Source of the DNA: Marsupella aquatica
Taxonomy: Eukaryota; Plantae; Marchantiophyta
Assembly (NCBI GenBank): GCA_973895155.1
Contig: OZ316899.1
Location: 7,567,241 to 7,631,240 of the forward strand
Length of the DNA stretch: 64,000 nucleotides
Reading direction: 5' to 3'
The position numbers and the translations under genes are program-made. Positions 12,801-25,110 of the stretch are shown here, one piece after another. The notes below the pieces were generated by a model. The model saw only the letters and a program-made list of their open reading frames with translations, ran no database searches and was not told the DNA's origin. Numbering within the stretch: the first letter of the stretch is position 1; the number at the start of each line of letters is the position of its first letter.

Positions 12801-15800
12801 AAGGAGCTCCCCAAGGAGCAGCCGACAATCTGGGAACCTGTGGCCTACGATGGCACCAGACTCGAGGAATTGGAGGCCCATCTTGACCGGGCCACCAGAG
12901 ACCATGTGGATGTAATCCGCAAGGAACACTATAGCAAGTACACCACAAAGAGGGAGAGGACATTCAACGTCGGTTATGGCCTACGAGCCCCGGAGGAAAA
13001 GGCTATCCAAGAACTCCTATCAGAATATGAGGCCGTCTTTGCATGGAGTCATCGAGACTTAACCGGAATTTTGCCGGCCTACGGCGAACACGTCATTGAT
13101 CTAAACTTGGGTGTTCATGCCGTCCGAGAGAGACAACGAAGACTAAATCCAAGACATTCCATCTTGGTAAAGGAGGAGTTAGATCAACTGATCGTGGCGG
13201 ACATCATCTACCCCGTCTTATCCAGCGAATGGGTGTCCCCCATTGTGGTGGTTCCTAAGAAGGTAGGGCCCGATGGTAAACCCAAGATTCGAATATGCCA
13301 GGATTACCGAAAGCTCAATGACGCTACTCGGAAAGACCATTACCCACTCCCCTACACGGATATGGTCCTTGACATGGTAGCCAGAAATGAGCTATACACC
13401 TTCCTGGATGGATATTCAGGTTATAACCAGATTTGGATTAGACTATCGGACCAGCTCAAAACTACGTTCATCACGGAGTGGGGAACCTACGCATTCAGAC
13501 GGATGCCCTTTGGCTTATGCAATGCCCTGACTATGTTCCAACGATCATTATGAATATTTTTCATGATTTCCTACAAGAATTTTTGGAGGTCTTCATAGAC
13601 GATTTTTCCATCTTCAGAACAATTGCTCAGCACCCAAAACACCTGAGGTGGACTTTTGAGCGATGCCGAGAAGTAGGTTTGAAGTTACACCCGGGTAAAT
13701 GCTTCTTCGGGGTAACAGAAGGAGTGTTGCTCGGACACCAAGTATCCAAACGAGGGATTGAGGTGGACCAAGAAAAAGTGGCCACTTGGATGAATGTACC
13801 TTACCCAACGGACCAAAAGGCGGTGCGATCCTTCTTAGGCTGCGTAGGTTACTACCGACGATTCATTCAGAATTTTGCCAAAATAGCCCTGCCCCTTACA
13901 GAAATGATGAGGCAAGACGCAGTCGTGGAAATGACTCCACGCAGAGTAGCAGCCTTTGACGAACTAAAAAAATGGCTAACTATGGCTCCAATCTTGACTA
14001 CCCCCGATTGGAACAAGGAGTTCCATGTGTATGTCGACATATCTGGGTTTTGCATCGGGTCAGCGCTGAGCCAACTAGACGACGAAAAATGGGACCACCC
14101 CATTTACTTTGCGAGCCGACAACTGTTTACAGCGGAGAAAAACTATTCGCCCACCGGTCGGGAGGCCTTGGGGATCATCTACTCGTGTAAAAAGTTTTGC
14201 CATTATCTATTGGGATATAAGGTGGTATTCAATACTGACCATGACAGTCTGAAGTACATGGTAAACAAAGCGGACTTGACGGGGAGAATAGCCCGTTGGG
14301 TCCTGCTGCTCCAAGAATTTGACTACGAAGTCAGGGTACGACCTGGGAAGGCACACGTGAATGCGGACTTCTCAAGGATCGAAGGGGAATCGGACGACGC
14401 ACCTGTCGATGATGCATTCCCTGATGAAGAATTATTCCGCATGGAAACGGACCAACCGACGTGGTAGGGGACCTAATCACCTTCCTCTTAACGGCCCGCA
14501 TTCCAAGTAACATTAACCAGGAGGCCGCGTCAGTCTTCCTACGCAAGGCAGCACCCTACATGATGATACGCGGACATCTGCATAAGGAGGGCGTCAATGG
14601 GAAGATCCGCAGATGCCTAGATTATAATGAGACGATCATTGTCATGCAAGCTATGCACGAGGAGGAGGCAGGGGGACACTTCACCCCGGTCACCACGGCT
14701 CACAAGATCTTGGATGCAAGTTATTGGTGGCCTACGCTTCATCACGACGTAGCCCATTTCATCCAAGGTTGCAACTTGTGTCAGCGCGCGGGCAAACCCC
14801 GCAGATTAGGTAACATCCTCTTACCCCGATCTTTCCCCTTGCCCCGTTTGAGAAATGGGGCATTGATTATATCGGACCATTCACCCCAGTAACTCGAGGT
14901 TGGTGTTGCCGGTACATCCTTCTCGCTATTGACTATTCGACTAAATGGGTAGAGGCCCGGGCAACGGTCAAGGATGACACGGCCACCACCGCCAGGTTCC
15001 TGTATGAATAGATCTTCATCCGTTTTGGACCTCCCTTGGAGTTAGTCAGCGACCACGGGAATCATTTTTTGAACAAAACAGTGGAAAAACTGACTGACCG
15101 TTACCTCGTCAAGCACAGGAAGACTACCCCTTACCATCCCAAATGTAACGGATTAGCAGACCGGGCTAATGGCATCATAGGAAAAATCCTCAACAAAACC
15201 GTAGCTGCCCACAAAATGGACTGGGACGACAAGCTTTTCGCGGTGGTCTATTCATACAACTTGGCGTTTAAGACTACTACAAACCATAGTCCATATTTCT
15301 TGGTATTCAGACAACATGCGCTTGTACCCATCGAGTTCAAGGTCGAGACTCCTCGGGTGAGCATCTGCCATAGGTTACCGGAGGATGCTAGTTTGTCCGA
15401 TCAAGCATATAAGATTGACAGTCTAGAAGAACAGAGATTGTGGGCATCGCGATGCGTGGCTGCCAAGCAGGAAGCAACAAAGAAATAGCACGACAAGGGA
15501 CTGCGCTAGGTGGACATTGCTACGGGATATCTCGTCCTTTTGTACGATAGTATGTACATGTACTTTCTAGGAAAGTTACACACACGCTGGCTGGGACCTT
15601 TCATTGTCCAGCAGATGTACCCGAACGGATCCCTCCAGCTATCAACGTACGCCGGCGACCTCTTTCCCAATCCAGTTAGTTACGATTGTGTGAAGATGTA
15701 CTTTCACGAGGATGACAAGCATAATGATGTTCGCGAGGATGCTTCACACTTGAGTGGGGAGCTATGTGACACGGGTAACGTGTCACTTAACCAAACGCAG

Positions 15801-15812
15801 GTCATAGATTAG
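9805..15812 (+). pseudogene. Gypsy gag-pol (retrotransposon Gag, zinc knuckles, aspartic protease, RT, RNase H, integrase), disrupted
   Basis: Motifs: FKGRPTDDPDEWL Gag, CSKCYQSGHVVQEC and CYNCEKPSHFARE knuckles, VLVDGGSRVNIM protease, VFIDDF RT, TDHDSLKY RH, HEEEAGGH..CNLCQ and TPYHPKCNGLADRAN integrase. Confidence 0.92.
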
Positions 15813-16290
15813 GTCTTATGCGATCATTAGGACCGTAGCCGTAGCGTAGAATAGCACAAATAGCCATCTTTGCCATTATGAATAGATTAGGAGTAGGTTA
15901 GTGGATCAGATGATTACAAATTAAAGTAGAGGGTTATTACGCTCGACCGCGGTACGGTGGCGGCGGTGGAGTAAAATCCGTTAGAAGAATCACGCTTGGA
16001 CCGAGATGCCGACTTCTGCTCATCATCAATGACCGGAACAACCTTGCCCACTCACGCTTGAAGCTCACCTTGGCACCTCCATAAGAGCGGAGTCGATGGC
16101 GTTGCGGGCCATTTGCTCATTTCTACCTTTCAAAATTCGCGGACGCTGCCATTCTCTCGCCTTCTTGCTCGAATCAAGCTGACCTTTACGAGGAGATCAT
16201 TGAGGGATAAGAGCGGGTTGTGGCAAGATTTAGTCAGGGCAAGGAAGACCTCCACCAGTAAGCGGACCAAACAGCGGGAATGCGGACTCG

Positions 16291-17030
16291 ATGAACCAGA
16301 CTACAAAGGTTAGTATGACCCTTACAGCCTTGGGATTCTGGACCTTGTTTGGCGAGGTAGGTGCTAAGTTCTCCGAGACTTACTGGTACTCTTGTCCCGA
16401 GAAAGCCGCTTACGAAAGAAGATACGCAAAGTTGGTGGCCAAGGTAGCGCAGGTTAACTATGAGAAGACAGCTATCACCAGGGATTCCAGCTACAATGAG
16501 CTGCGATACTACATCACCGAGCTATATCTCAGCGAGGAAGGGCTTAGATCGGTAGCAGAGGCGATTCTTGAAGTCCCCGCGAAGTTCTTTAGGCTGAAGG
16601 GCAGCCAGCGGCTTACTCAAGCGGAGTAAGATCCCGGGGTACCTAGACCAGCATATCGCAGCCGAAAAGCACCAAGAAGACATCAGCAAACAACGGGAAG
16701 CGGCGCGTAATCTTACGTTTCTGGGAAAGCTCCAACGCCTTCAATTGGGATATGGCTACACCGACCCCACCAGCCCCTCAGCCGATGACCACTGGCGTAC
16801 CCCCGAACCAGTCCCAAGTCCGTCCTGTGAACAACACCGAGTGTTCTTTGGGTTCCTAGCGAGTTAGTCCGCATCTCAAGCAGCATTCTTGTAAGCGGGC
16901 AGGGACGACGCCGACCCCCAAATTGACAACGCAAACCAACGCCGCTCCTGCACCTGCCCCGACTAACCCCCCGACCAACCAGGCCCGACGGCCATCGGAT
17001 AATCCCAAGTCTAACTTATTATAGGTAATC
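16291..17030 (+). pseudogene. Accessory ORF A of the Athila-like element, unknown function
   Basis: 112-aa ORF with probable decayed continuation; lies between the integrase and accessory ORF B. Confidence 0.4.
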
Positions 17031-17099
17031 CGCGTCCCCAAGGTAGTCTGGATCGCAATCAAGAAACTCGACCACGCGGACTACCTCAAGGAGCATCAG

Positions 17100-18622
17100 T
17101 TGGAGCAGTTCGCTCACTTGCTATGGAGACCGTGCACGGCCGGGCCAAAGGAGATTTGTGAGTTCATCTCCAATTTTGACACTAACGCATCAACCACCAA
17201 GGTTTCAAGACAGACCTTATCACTCATGGAGCATCGGATGGCACAGATCTTTTGCCTGCCAACCGGGCTGGTGCCGGTTGAACTCCAAATTCGGGATAAG
17301 GAGTATACACCTCGACACTTCAACCCGAAGGTAAGACGGACAACGGATACAAGCAGAGATCGTGCACCAACTTAATCTGCAGGGAGCGGCTTAACTTCAT
17401 ACGGACTACCCTACACATGATTGAGCCACGATCCGAGATCTCCCTCTGCACAATCGTGCAGGTGGAACTGTACAAATGGCGGAACTGGGCCCAATTCTTT
17501 TACCGAAGGTTCTTGGGGGAGCTTAGGTGGGCTCAGGGAGGTATGGCTATTGGGGGGAAGACTTACTTGGGAAGTCATATCGCCATCATCCTCGCCTGGT
17601 ACAAGGCACGGCGGGAGGCCAGAGGAAAGAATATGGCCACCTCAGCCCCAACTAATGTCACCCATGCTCCAAGGGAGGCATCCCCAAGCGAGCGGACTAC
17701 CGTGCCTCGGCCAAACCCCGAGCCGGAGGCCCCGACTAGTACTCCGTCACCCCCTCCTGCTGAAATTCCGCTGCCCCCTTCCGTTGAGCCTCCGCTACCC
17801 GCAGTACAGCCACCCCCAATCCCTCCACCACCTGAAGAAACCTTTCCTTCCCAAGTGCAGACTACAGAGGAGCTCACCACCCTGCCCGAGGAACCACCGG
17901 TACCCAAGAGGATGGAGGACTACCAAGTAGCCCCGGAGACCATGGCCTACGACCTGGTCCAGAAGTTTAGTCAGACTTTGTCAGGGGAGCTGGCGATGTA
18001 CATCGGACAACAAGTCTCGGCGTACTTTCAACCAGCCTTCTTCATGTTAGAGCACCAACCACGGATTGTAAGCCGCTTGGAAGAAGAACTCATGGCGAAG
18101 GGGAATGAGATCGGGCGCCTCCAAATGCTGGTAGAACACCTCGAGGAGGAGGCCACTACCCGTCGTGAGGAGTTAGTCCGCACCGTCGAACAGCGGGACG
18201 GACTAACCCAAGAGTTGAGCAGGGCGCAAGCAGATCTCAAGAAGCTGGACAACACCATGCTTCAGTTGCGCTCGGAATCCTTGGCTCGGGTTACCAGCTT
18301 GATCGACCTCAACAACCAATTCCTACAAGCAGCTCAGCAGGTGGCTAGTCTCTCCGCCAAACGGGATAAATTGCTGGCGCAAGACCAGACCCATCGTGAC
18401 TCCATTGACCAGCTCAACCTGGAGGTAGCACGGCTCCAGATCAAGGTCGATGAAGCTGCAAACAAGGCGAAGGAGGCTCTGCAGGACAACAAGGCCTTAC
18501 AGGACCGCATTACCCTGCTCGTCCTCCAGCGGGGAAGACCTGGGCCCACCTCTGATCAAGGCGGCTCGAGGTCTCGCCCCGACAGGGGGACAAACCCTGG
18601 TCCGACCACGGCTCACACGTAA
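17100..18622 (+). pseudogene. Accessory ORF B: Athila-type accessory domain, Pro-rich linker and long coiled coil
   Basis: ORFs 17100-17375 and 17417-18622 (401 aa) joined by a frameshift. NWAQ motif, PPP-rich tract and a heptad-like E/L/Q-rich region. The stop lies just before the PPT and 3' LTR. Confidence 0.7.
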
Positions 18623-18648
18623 GAGGTGGTTAGCAAAGGGTGGAAGCA

Positions 18649-19608
18649 GGCGCCGCGCAAGGCGGTTCAGTCAACGACATCTTTTGGTTAGGCGTAACAA
18701 CAGAATAGTTGTCATTAGGAGCCGATTAGCGCCACAATAGGAAGAATTAGGACTGGATCAGTTAGGATCAGCCAACGTAGGATAGAGTCCATCAATGGAC
18801 TAGATTTTGGTCAGTAGACTTAGCTTCTGCCATTCCGATCAGCGCCCTTGTCATCAACGGTCAACCGGTCAGAGGAGTGCGACCAGATAGTTAGAGGGTA
18901 GTTAGTCAATAGGCATTACCCCGGAAGGTAGTATCTACCGGTTCCTTTTTGCAACCGTAGTATTTAGGCTTCCCTTTCCGTTGTGGGAGGGGGAGAAGGC
19001 TTAGTTATCTCAGCATAAGAAAAGGCAAGGCACGGGGAGTCCCAGCCTGAGCAGGGTCAAAGCGCACCAAGGAGTGAGAGCTAGAGTTGAGCTTGTTGGC
19101 AAGTGCGGGGCGGGGCCTCGTAGAGACTGGGCATCGACTGCCGTTGGGCCTGCTGACCCCCTTAGAAGTCGAGTCAACTATGTAAACTGATTCTTTGCTG
19201 AGTAAATGTAGTCTTTTCCCTCTAATGTTTCCACGAGTAACTGGTGTTGTGTGTATGCTTTGTCTGGGCAAAGGCGCCATTTCAAGGGACGTATCGGGTG
19301 CAGACTAATGGTAGGGATTGCCACCCATTGCATGTCACAAGGTTCTGTTGCGTTGATGGCTTGAAAGCCCCAAGCCGGGAGTAAGTCCGAGTCACTAACT
19401 GTGGGAATATTCTAGCGGTGGAAAACAAATATACCTATGACTAGTACGAGTTGCGTGAGTGTTATACCAGTAAGTATATTGCCTTAGCCCAACTTAGGGC
19501 CAATCAAGGCCACTACACACCTCCTTGCCCAGACCCTCACCCCTACTGGTAGTCAAGGTCGCCCCATGGAGCTAAACTGGATTTAAGGCCCGGGTTAGGG
19601 GCGCAACA
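18649..19608 (+). repeat. 3' LTR of the Athila-like element
   Basis: Direct repeat of 8761-9721, preceded by purine-rich AAAGGGTGGAAG. Confidence 0.9.
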
Positions 19609-20142
19609 CCCTCCAATAGACAAGAACTGCGTCCAGAATCGTATGGCCAAACTGGAAAGGATCATGTGCGACATTCAGAGGAGATGGAAGGCGACTAAAG
19701 ATAAGCAAGAGAACTAGGGTCGAAGCTGGCGCGTGGACTGAAGAACTGGTGCACTGCAAAGGATCAGCCCCCTTTTTATACCCTGAGAGCTCGTCAATCG
19801 CCCGTCGCCTCCTCATCACTTATAGGCCGAGCCTTTCACGCTTGCAGTGTACCGACCACTCCGCCAGTCTGGGTCAGCGAGTGTCAGTGGCCGCCTCCCG
19901 AAGTTTGTTATACGGACCCGAGGGGGAAAGGGGAGGGCCCATTACACGCTCGCAACCCGGGCGTGCGAATGGCAACCCGCCGCCAGCCCGAATACAAACG
20001 CCCCTTATTGACTAATGATTTTCTACTCATAATGGCTACCTAAATACTGTCATTATGCTAATAATTACGGCCTAAGATACCTCTACTATGCGTGCTAAGC
20101 GTGTTTAGGCCGAATCATTTATTAGCCACCATACCGGCAACA
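19609..20142 (-). mobile_element. Truncated LTR (U3/R part) of another retroelement
   Basis: On the minus strand it starts TGTTGCCGG at 20142 and has a strong TATAAAAAGG near 19771-19781, followed by a CT-rich leader. It is cut off at the Athila-like 3' LTR. Confidence 0.5.
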
Positions 20143-20147
20143 TCACA

Positions 20148-20214
20148 GCCATACTCACATACATGCATAACATGGACAAGAGCATACACAAATACAAGAT
20201 AGTGTACCGCAACT
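20148..20214 (-). repeat. 67-bp repeat A, outer copy (identical to 20629-20695)
   Basis: GCCATACTCACATAC...GTGTACCGCAACT matches 20629-20695 at 67/67 by eye. Confidence 0.92.
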
Positions 20215-20581
20215 GAAATCCGTGAAAGACATAGTGTCATAAAACACGTAAGAACACACACAGTCAAGCCAAACCCACTCCGCAATGGAGAATCTAGCCA
20301 GGTCAAAGCTAACGGGACACCATAGCCAAGGAGCTCCACTCACTACCAAGGCTCTCCCAACGCCAAAGGCTCAACTCAAAGAACTAACCGTCCTTTGAGC
20401 CTCTCCACACTATACCCTCCAACCCTAAGGGCGGGTCCTACAAGAGGAGTCACCCTCAACAGGGCACCCCCTCTAACCCTCTACCATGGAACCAAACTCC
20501 TAACTAGGCACTACGGCCCATCTAAGGTATGGACTCCGCTAGCACACTACATAGTCTAGCACGCTACGTATGGTCATGACA
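20214..20581 (-). repeat. 3' LTR core (repeat B) of the DNMT-Gypsy
   Basis: Matches 29618-29979 with about 9 substitutions and 2 small indels. Confidence 0.92.
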
Positions 20582-20864
20582 GCTGTCGTGCGAATCCACA
20601 TCATCATACAACATACATCGCTGGTCATGCCATACTCACATACATGCATAACATGGACAAGAGCATACACAAATACAAGATAGTGTACCGCAACTCGCCC
20701 CCCTAACTGGCGGTTAGGTCCCTCTAACTCCCAGGTAGCCCTATCCATCTACTACATGCTATACACCTTCATGGGTGCATTGATCAGAAAGCCGGGTGCT
20801 ATGTTGCCCCATTGTTAATCGCCATCTGTAATCCATACCATGTGAAGATCAAGTCATCCACCTC

Positions 20865-21010
20865 CTAAGTACACCAAGGACAAACCCACCGTCCAATAGG
20901 CACAACATCAATAGGTGGAGTTAAGCATGACATATGCCAACCCCTAGAACACCTATCACAAACCAACATACGAGCTGCTTCACTAGTAGACCCACACAAC
21001 ATGCACCTCA
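20865..21010 (-). pseudogene. PHD finger at the integrase C-terminus
   Basis: CMLCGSTSEAARMLVCDRCSRGWHMSCLTPPIDVVPIGRWVCPWC is a canonical C4HC3 PHD with the conserved LxPP and W. Confidence 0.92.
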
Positions 21011-23850
21011 AGCTAGCACGTATCACTACCAAGATGGGGTCTACTGTACCATCCACGTTTGGGAGGTGACATGGCGCACAATTACGCACATGGTCCTTCC
21101 AAACAACACCATTATGACCCTCCAACATGAGAACTCCAGAAGCTAACACCTCTCTCACACGTAAGATAGTGCATCCTGCTGTCACATCCAACGTTGTTGC
21201 TGCAAATAGACATAGTCCCCCACATGGAACCTACAAATGGATGGTCGATAACCTCCACCCCGGATGGTTGCATAACGCAACGTATCTGTGTGTTGAGCAA
21301 TGGCAAGGTTCTCAAAGGCTGTTGGCATAACTCTTTGAAAGAGCTGTGCCCTTTGAGAACACACCCTCATCCACACCTCCGGGTCATCAAGGTTCACCAC
21401 CTCACTAGAATCTCAACAAATTTTTGTGGGCAAGTCTGGGTCTCAGCCGTACAACAGAAAATAAGGTGAGAAGGAAGCCAAGGATGCTTGATCATGGCAA
21501 TTGAATGTCCCAATCTCCAAGATGCCCCTTCTGTAGGCCATACTTGCATAATCCCCTCTTCACCGTCTGAACAACATGCTCTGCCAAACCATCCGCCTCT
21601 GGATGATCTCGAGATGTGGTCCGATGATCAATCAACGCCTTGTCACACAAGACCTGAAACTCACCCTGAAACTCCGTACCCTGGTCGGTCAACACCTCCG
21701 CTGGTGCACCAAAATGACTTAGCACTCTATCAAGAAATGCATACGCCGTTCCCTCACTTGCCTTGTCAGGAAATGCCACCAACTCAATCCACTTAGAAAA
21801 GTGCTCCATCATCACCAACACATACCAATGATGTCATCTAGTTAACGGTAATGGTCCTAAAAAGTCCAAACTCCAACGGTAACCCAACCCCATAATAGGT
21901 AAGGGGTGTAACTGTGGTGTAGGGGCATTGAACGATGCCCTCACCCGATCGCAAACCATACAATGTGACACCAACTGTTGCACCTGAGTGTGCATGCCAC
22001 GCCACCAATATTGACCAAGAAGTAAGCTATACGTACGCTTTACTCCAAAATGTCCCAACTCCTCATGAGCATGTCGCACAATGCGCTCTCTCTGAGCTAT
22101 ATGGGGTACCACTCGTACTCTACCATCCTCCCACACACGGAGAACATGTGTTCCCTCCAATCGGTACCTCCTAGCACGTTGGAGAACACAGTCTCGCTCC
22201 TTGGCACTCATTATGCCTGGCACCCTACTGGTCCGTAGGAACTCTAACACCAACGCATCATCATGAATATCACGCTGATCTGTAGGACCATCTCCAACCT
22301 CCGGATCTGCAAGCTGGCCATCTACCCTCTGACTAGAGGAAGGTGTAAGGTGATCCTCCATACTAGAGTTCACACCCAACAAACACAAAAAGGCAGATGC
22401 ATGCCATCCTGGCACCATCTCCTCATCAACCTCTCCATGTCATCTAGCTCCAGTATCATCCTCCTGACTAGGACATGGGTTCCTACTCAACCCATCAGCA
22501 TCAAGGTTGGTAACTCCAGGTCTATGTACCACCTGAAAGTCATACTCCTGTAAGATAAGAGCCCACCGTGCAAGCTTTCCTATAAGCTTATCAGACTCCA
22601 TCAACCACTTGAGCGGTTGGTGATCAGTAACAAGGGTAAACTCTGTGCCAAACAAGTAACACCTGAAGTGTGCCACAGCCCACACTGCTGCCAAGCACTC
22701 TCCCTTGTACGAACCATAGCTTGATTCTGCTGCATTGTTTGAACGACTTGCATAGGCCACCACAAACTCCTTGTTCTCATCATCATGTTGTGTCAACACC
22801 GCTCCAATCCCCAACATACTCCAATCAGTGTGCAGTTGAAATGGGTGACCCCGGATAGGTCTCCTCAAGATAGGCGCAGACACCAACTTGGCCTTGAGCG
22901 CCATAAAAGCTCTCTCCTGGTCATCTCCCCACTGCCACTCCTGATCAGACTTCAACAACTTGTTCAAAGGCTTTGCTGTAGCACTAAATCCCTTCACATA
23001 TCGCCGATAGTAGTTCGCCAATCCCTTGAATGCCCGAACTCTACTCACATCTGTCGGCCAAGGGATACGTGCAATAGCCTCAACCTTTGCCTGTTGGACC
23101 CCTAAACCACTTGGGTAGATCACATGACCCAAGTACTGAACATCCTCATGGAAGAACCTACACTTTCCTGGATGTAAACGTAGACCATGAGCTTTCAATC
23201 GCTCAAACACAATCTGCAAATGTTGTTGGTGCTCCTCCACAGTATCACTGAACACCAAGATATCATCAATGTAACACCGAACAAAATCCAATCCTGCTAG
23301 GATCCTGTCCATCACTCTTTGAAACTCGGCAAGTGCATTCTTCTGAAACCCAAAGGGTAAGAATTGCCACTGATACAAACAATCCTTGCCATATGAGTTG
23401 ACTCCCCAAAATGCTATCTTGGCCTTGTCACTCACTCGAATAGGCAACTGATGGTATCCTGCCCGAAGATCCAAAGTACTGAAAATCCTTGCATGTCCCA
23501 CCACATCAAAGATCTCCTCAGGTGTGGGCATGGCATACTTATCGGCCTTTGTCTACCGATTGATAGGACGGTAATCTCCACACATCCACCTCTTTGTGTA
23601 GTTGCCATGCACATCCTTTTTGACAGGCATGACAGTGACTGACGCATACTCCCCATGCGACAACTCCACTAATCCAGCCTCCAAAAGGTCCAACGTCTTA
23701 CTCCGAATCAAGTCCCTCTCCATATCACTATATTTGTAGGGACGACGAAAGATTGGCGTATCACTAGCCAAATCAATCCGTATACCAGCCAAAGCACCCA
23801 ACTCCTTCATTCTAAAGGCAAAACAACTCCTATAAGCACATAGGAATTGT
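21011..23850 (-). pseudogene. RT, RNase H and integrase of the DNMT-Gypsy, disrupted
   Basis: Motifs: CGDYRPIN, FSTLDLRAGYHQL, CYIDDILVFS, LHTDWS, VTDHQPLKWL, HEELGHFG..CMVC, WSLDF, LTDQGTEF, HPEADGLAE. Confidence 0.95.
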
Positions 23851-24169
23851 GTGTGTCAACCGTCGTCTTTCACCTCCTGTCAGCTTAGGTCCAAGTGATG
23901 GCTCCCAGGTCTCCTCTACCGGTACACTAGAGGAAGAGGACGACGCCATTGGTTTCTATGCCACCTCCTCAGACGATGGCACATGCTCCTTTACACCATC
24001 ATTTGAGCAAACAACTCCTCCACTAGCATGGGCCACCAACTCTACATGCCCATCCATCACATCCCATGTACTCCAAGGATGCCTCTACCATCCTGGAAGG
24101 CAACGAGCTCATCACCAGGCGTGAAGTAACCACAGACATGGTCCTAAGTCTCCGCTGCTCGGCCATCGC

Positions 24170-25110
24170 AAGGCTCACAATCCATGTCAAACAGTTCAAG
24201 TCCATAACCTGACCCAACACCTGGCGATGTGATGCCTCTGAAACTGAAGAGACTAATGTCACACCGGTAGGAAACCCCATAGCACGCTCTCTCTCATCAA
24301 CGTTGGGCTCCACCAACTGGCGCACATGAGAATCCCATACAAGCCCAAGACCACCATCCCTATAGGCATGTGATGAGGGAAAACTCACAAATGTAGGCAA
24401 AGCCATTCTAGGCTGCCCCACAAGGTTCAGTATTGCCATGGGTGACCTATCCACCGCTCTCACCACCTAAGAACGTCGTCCACCATCCAAAATACTATCC
24501 ACGGTGAGAGATAGAGGCCGCTGGATTGCATCATAGGTGCGCCTCAAAAGCTCCCTGGGTAACAAGTTTGTCCACCACAACAGTGGACGATGTGCACGCG
24601 AGCCCACCCTCGCTGCATCCAACAAAATAGCTGGCCCAATCCATGACCGTACCTCATGTGCAGCCGTGATCACATGAGATCTAGTATCACCCAACAAAGG
24701 GACGTTCTCCATAATGTAAGTTGGAGCACGTGCCTGATGCACTTGAAGATGACGCAACACCCGCAACATCTCCCAAAACATATGAGAACAAGGGTCACGT
24801 AACCCTCCACCATGACCAGCCCGAGTATGTCCCTGACATGGCCATCCAGCAATCACCAAATCAATAGGGCCAACCCTCTCAAGGTCTTGCGACCCAACAA
24901 TGAAATGTCTGATGGCAAACTCTGTTGATACCCCCAAATTGCGGACTGTGACAACAACTTAGGGTATCTCTGCATCATCAATGCAAGATGTCGTGATGAA
25001 ACCCTCCTTGCAGTCTCATCTCTCTCCACATACAACTACTTCCTCACAGGTATCCCGATCAGCCAAACCAGTGCTAATCCCACCAAAGAGGTCCAACACA
25101 CAAATACCCT
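24170..25110 (-). pseudogene. C5 cytosine DNA methyltransferase domain (Dnmt3-like) embedded in pol
   Basis: Motifs in canonical order: I VLDLFGGIST, II YVERD, IV IDLVIAGWPCQG, VI YIMENV, VIII GSRAHRPLLWWTN, IX ERERAMGFP, X RQVLGQVMD. Broken by a small deletion, frameshifts and stops. Confidence 0.9.

Larger units (their letters stand above)
8761..19608 (+). mobile_element. Ty3/Gypsy LTR retrotransposon, non-chromovirus (Athila-like RT/RH), with 3' accessory ORFs; degenerate
   Basis: ~960-bp direct repeats, PBS, purine-rich tract before the 3' LTR, order gag-PR-RT-RH-IN. RT DHYPLPYTD..FLDGYSGYNQI and linker VDDAFPDEELF resemble Athila/OTA-type elements. No extra archaeal RNase H or chromodomain seen. 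Confidence 0.92.

Noticed and set aside
20700-20864. Chromodomain after the PHD finger
   Set aside because: The frame stops after the PHD and the downstream translation has no chromodomain pattern.
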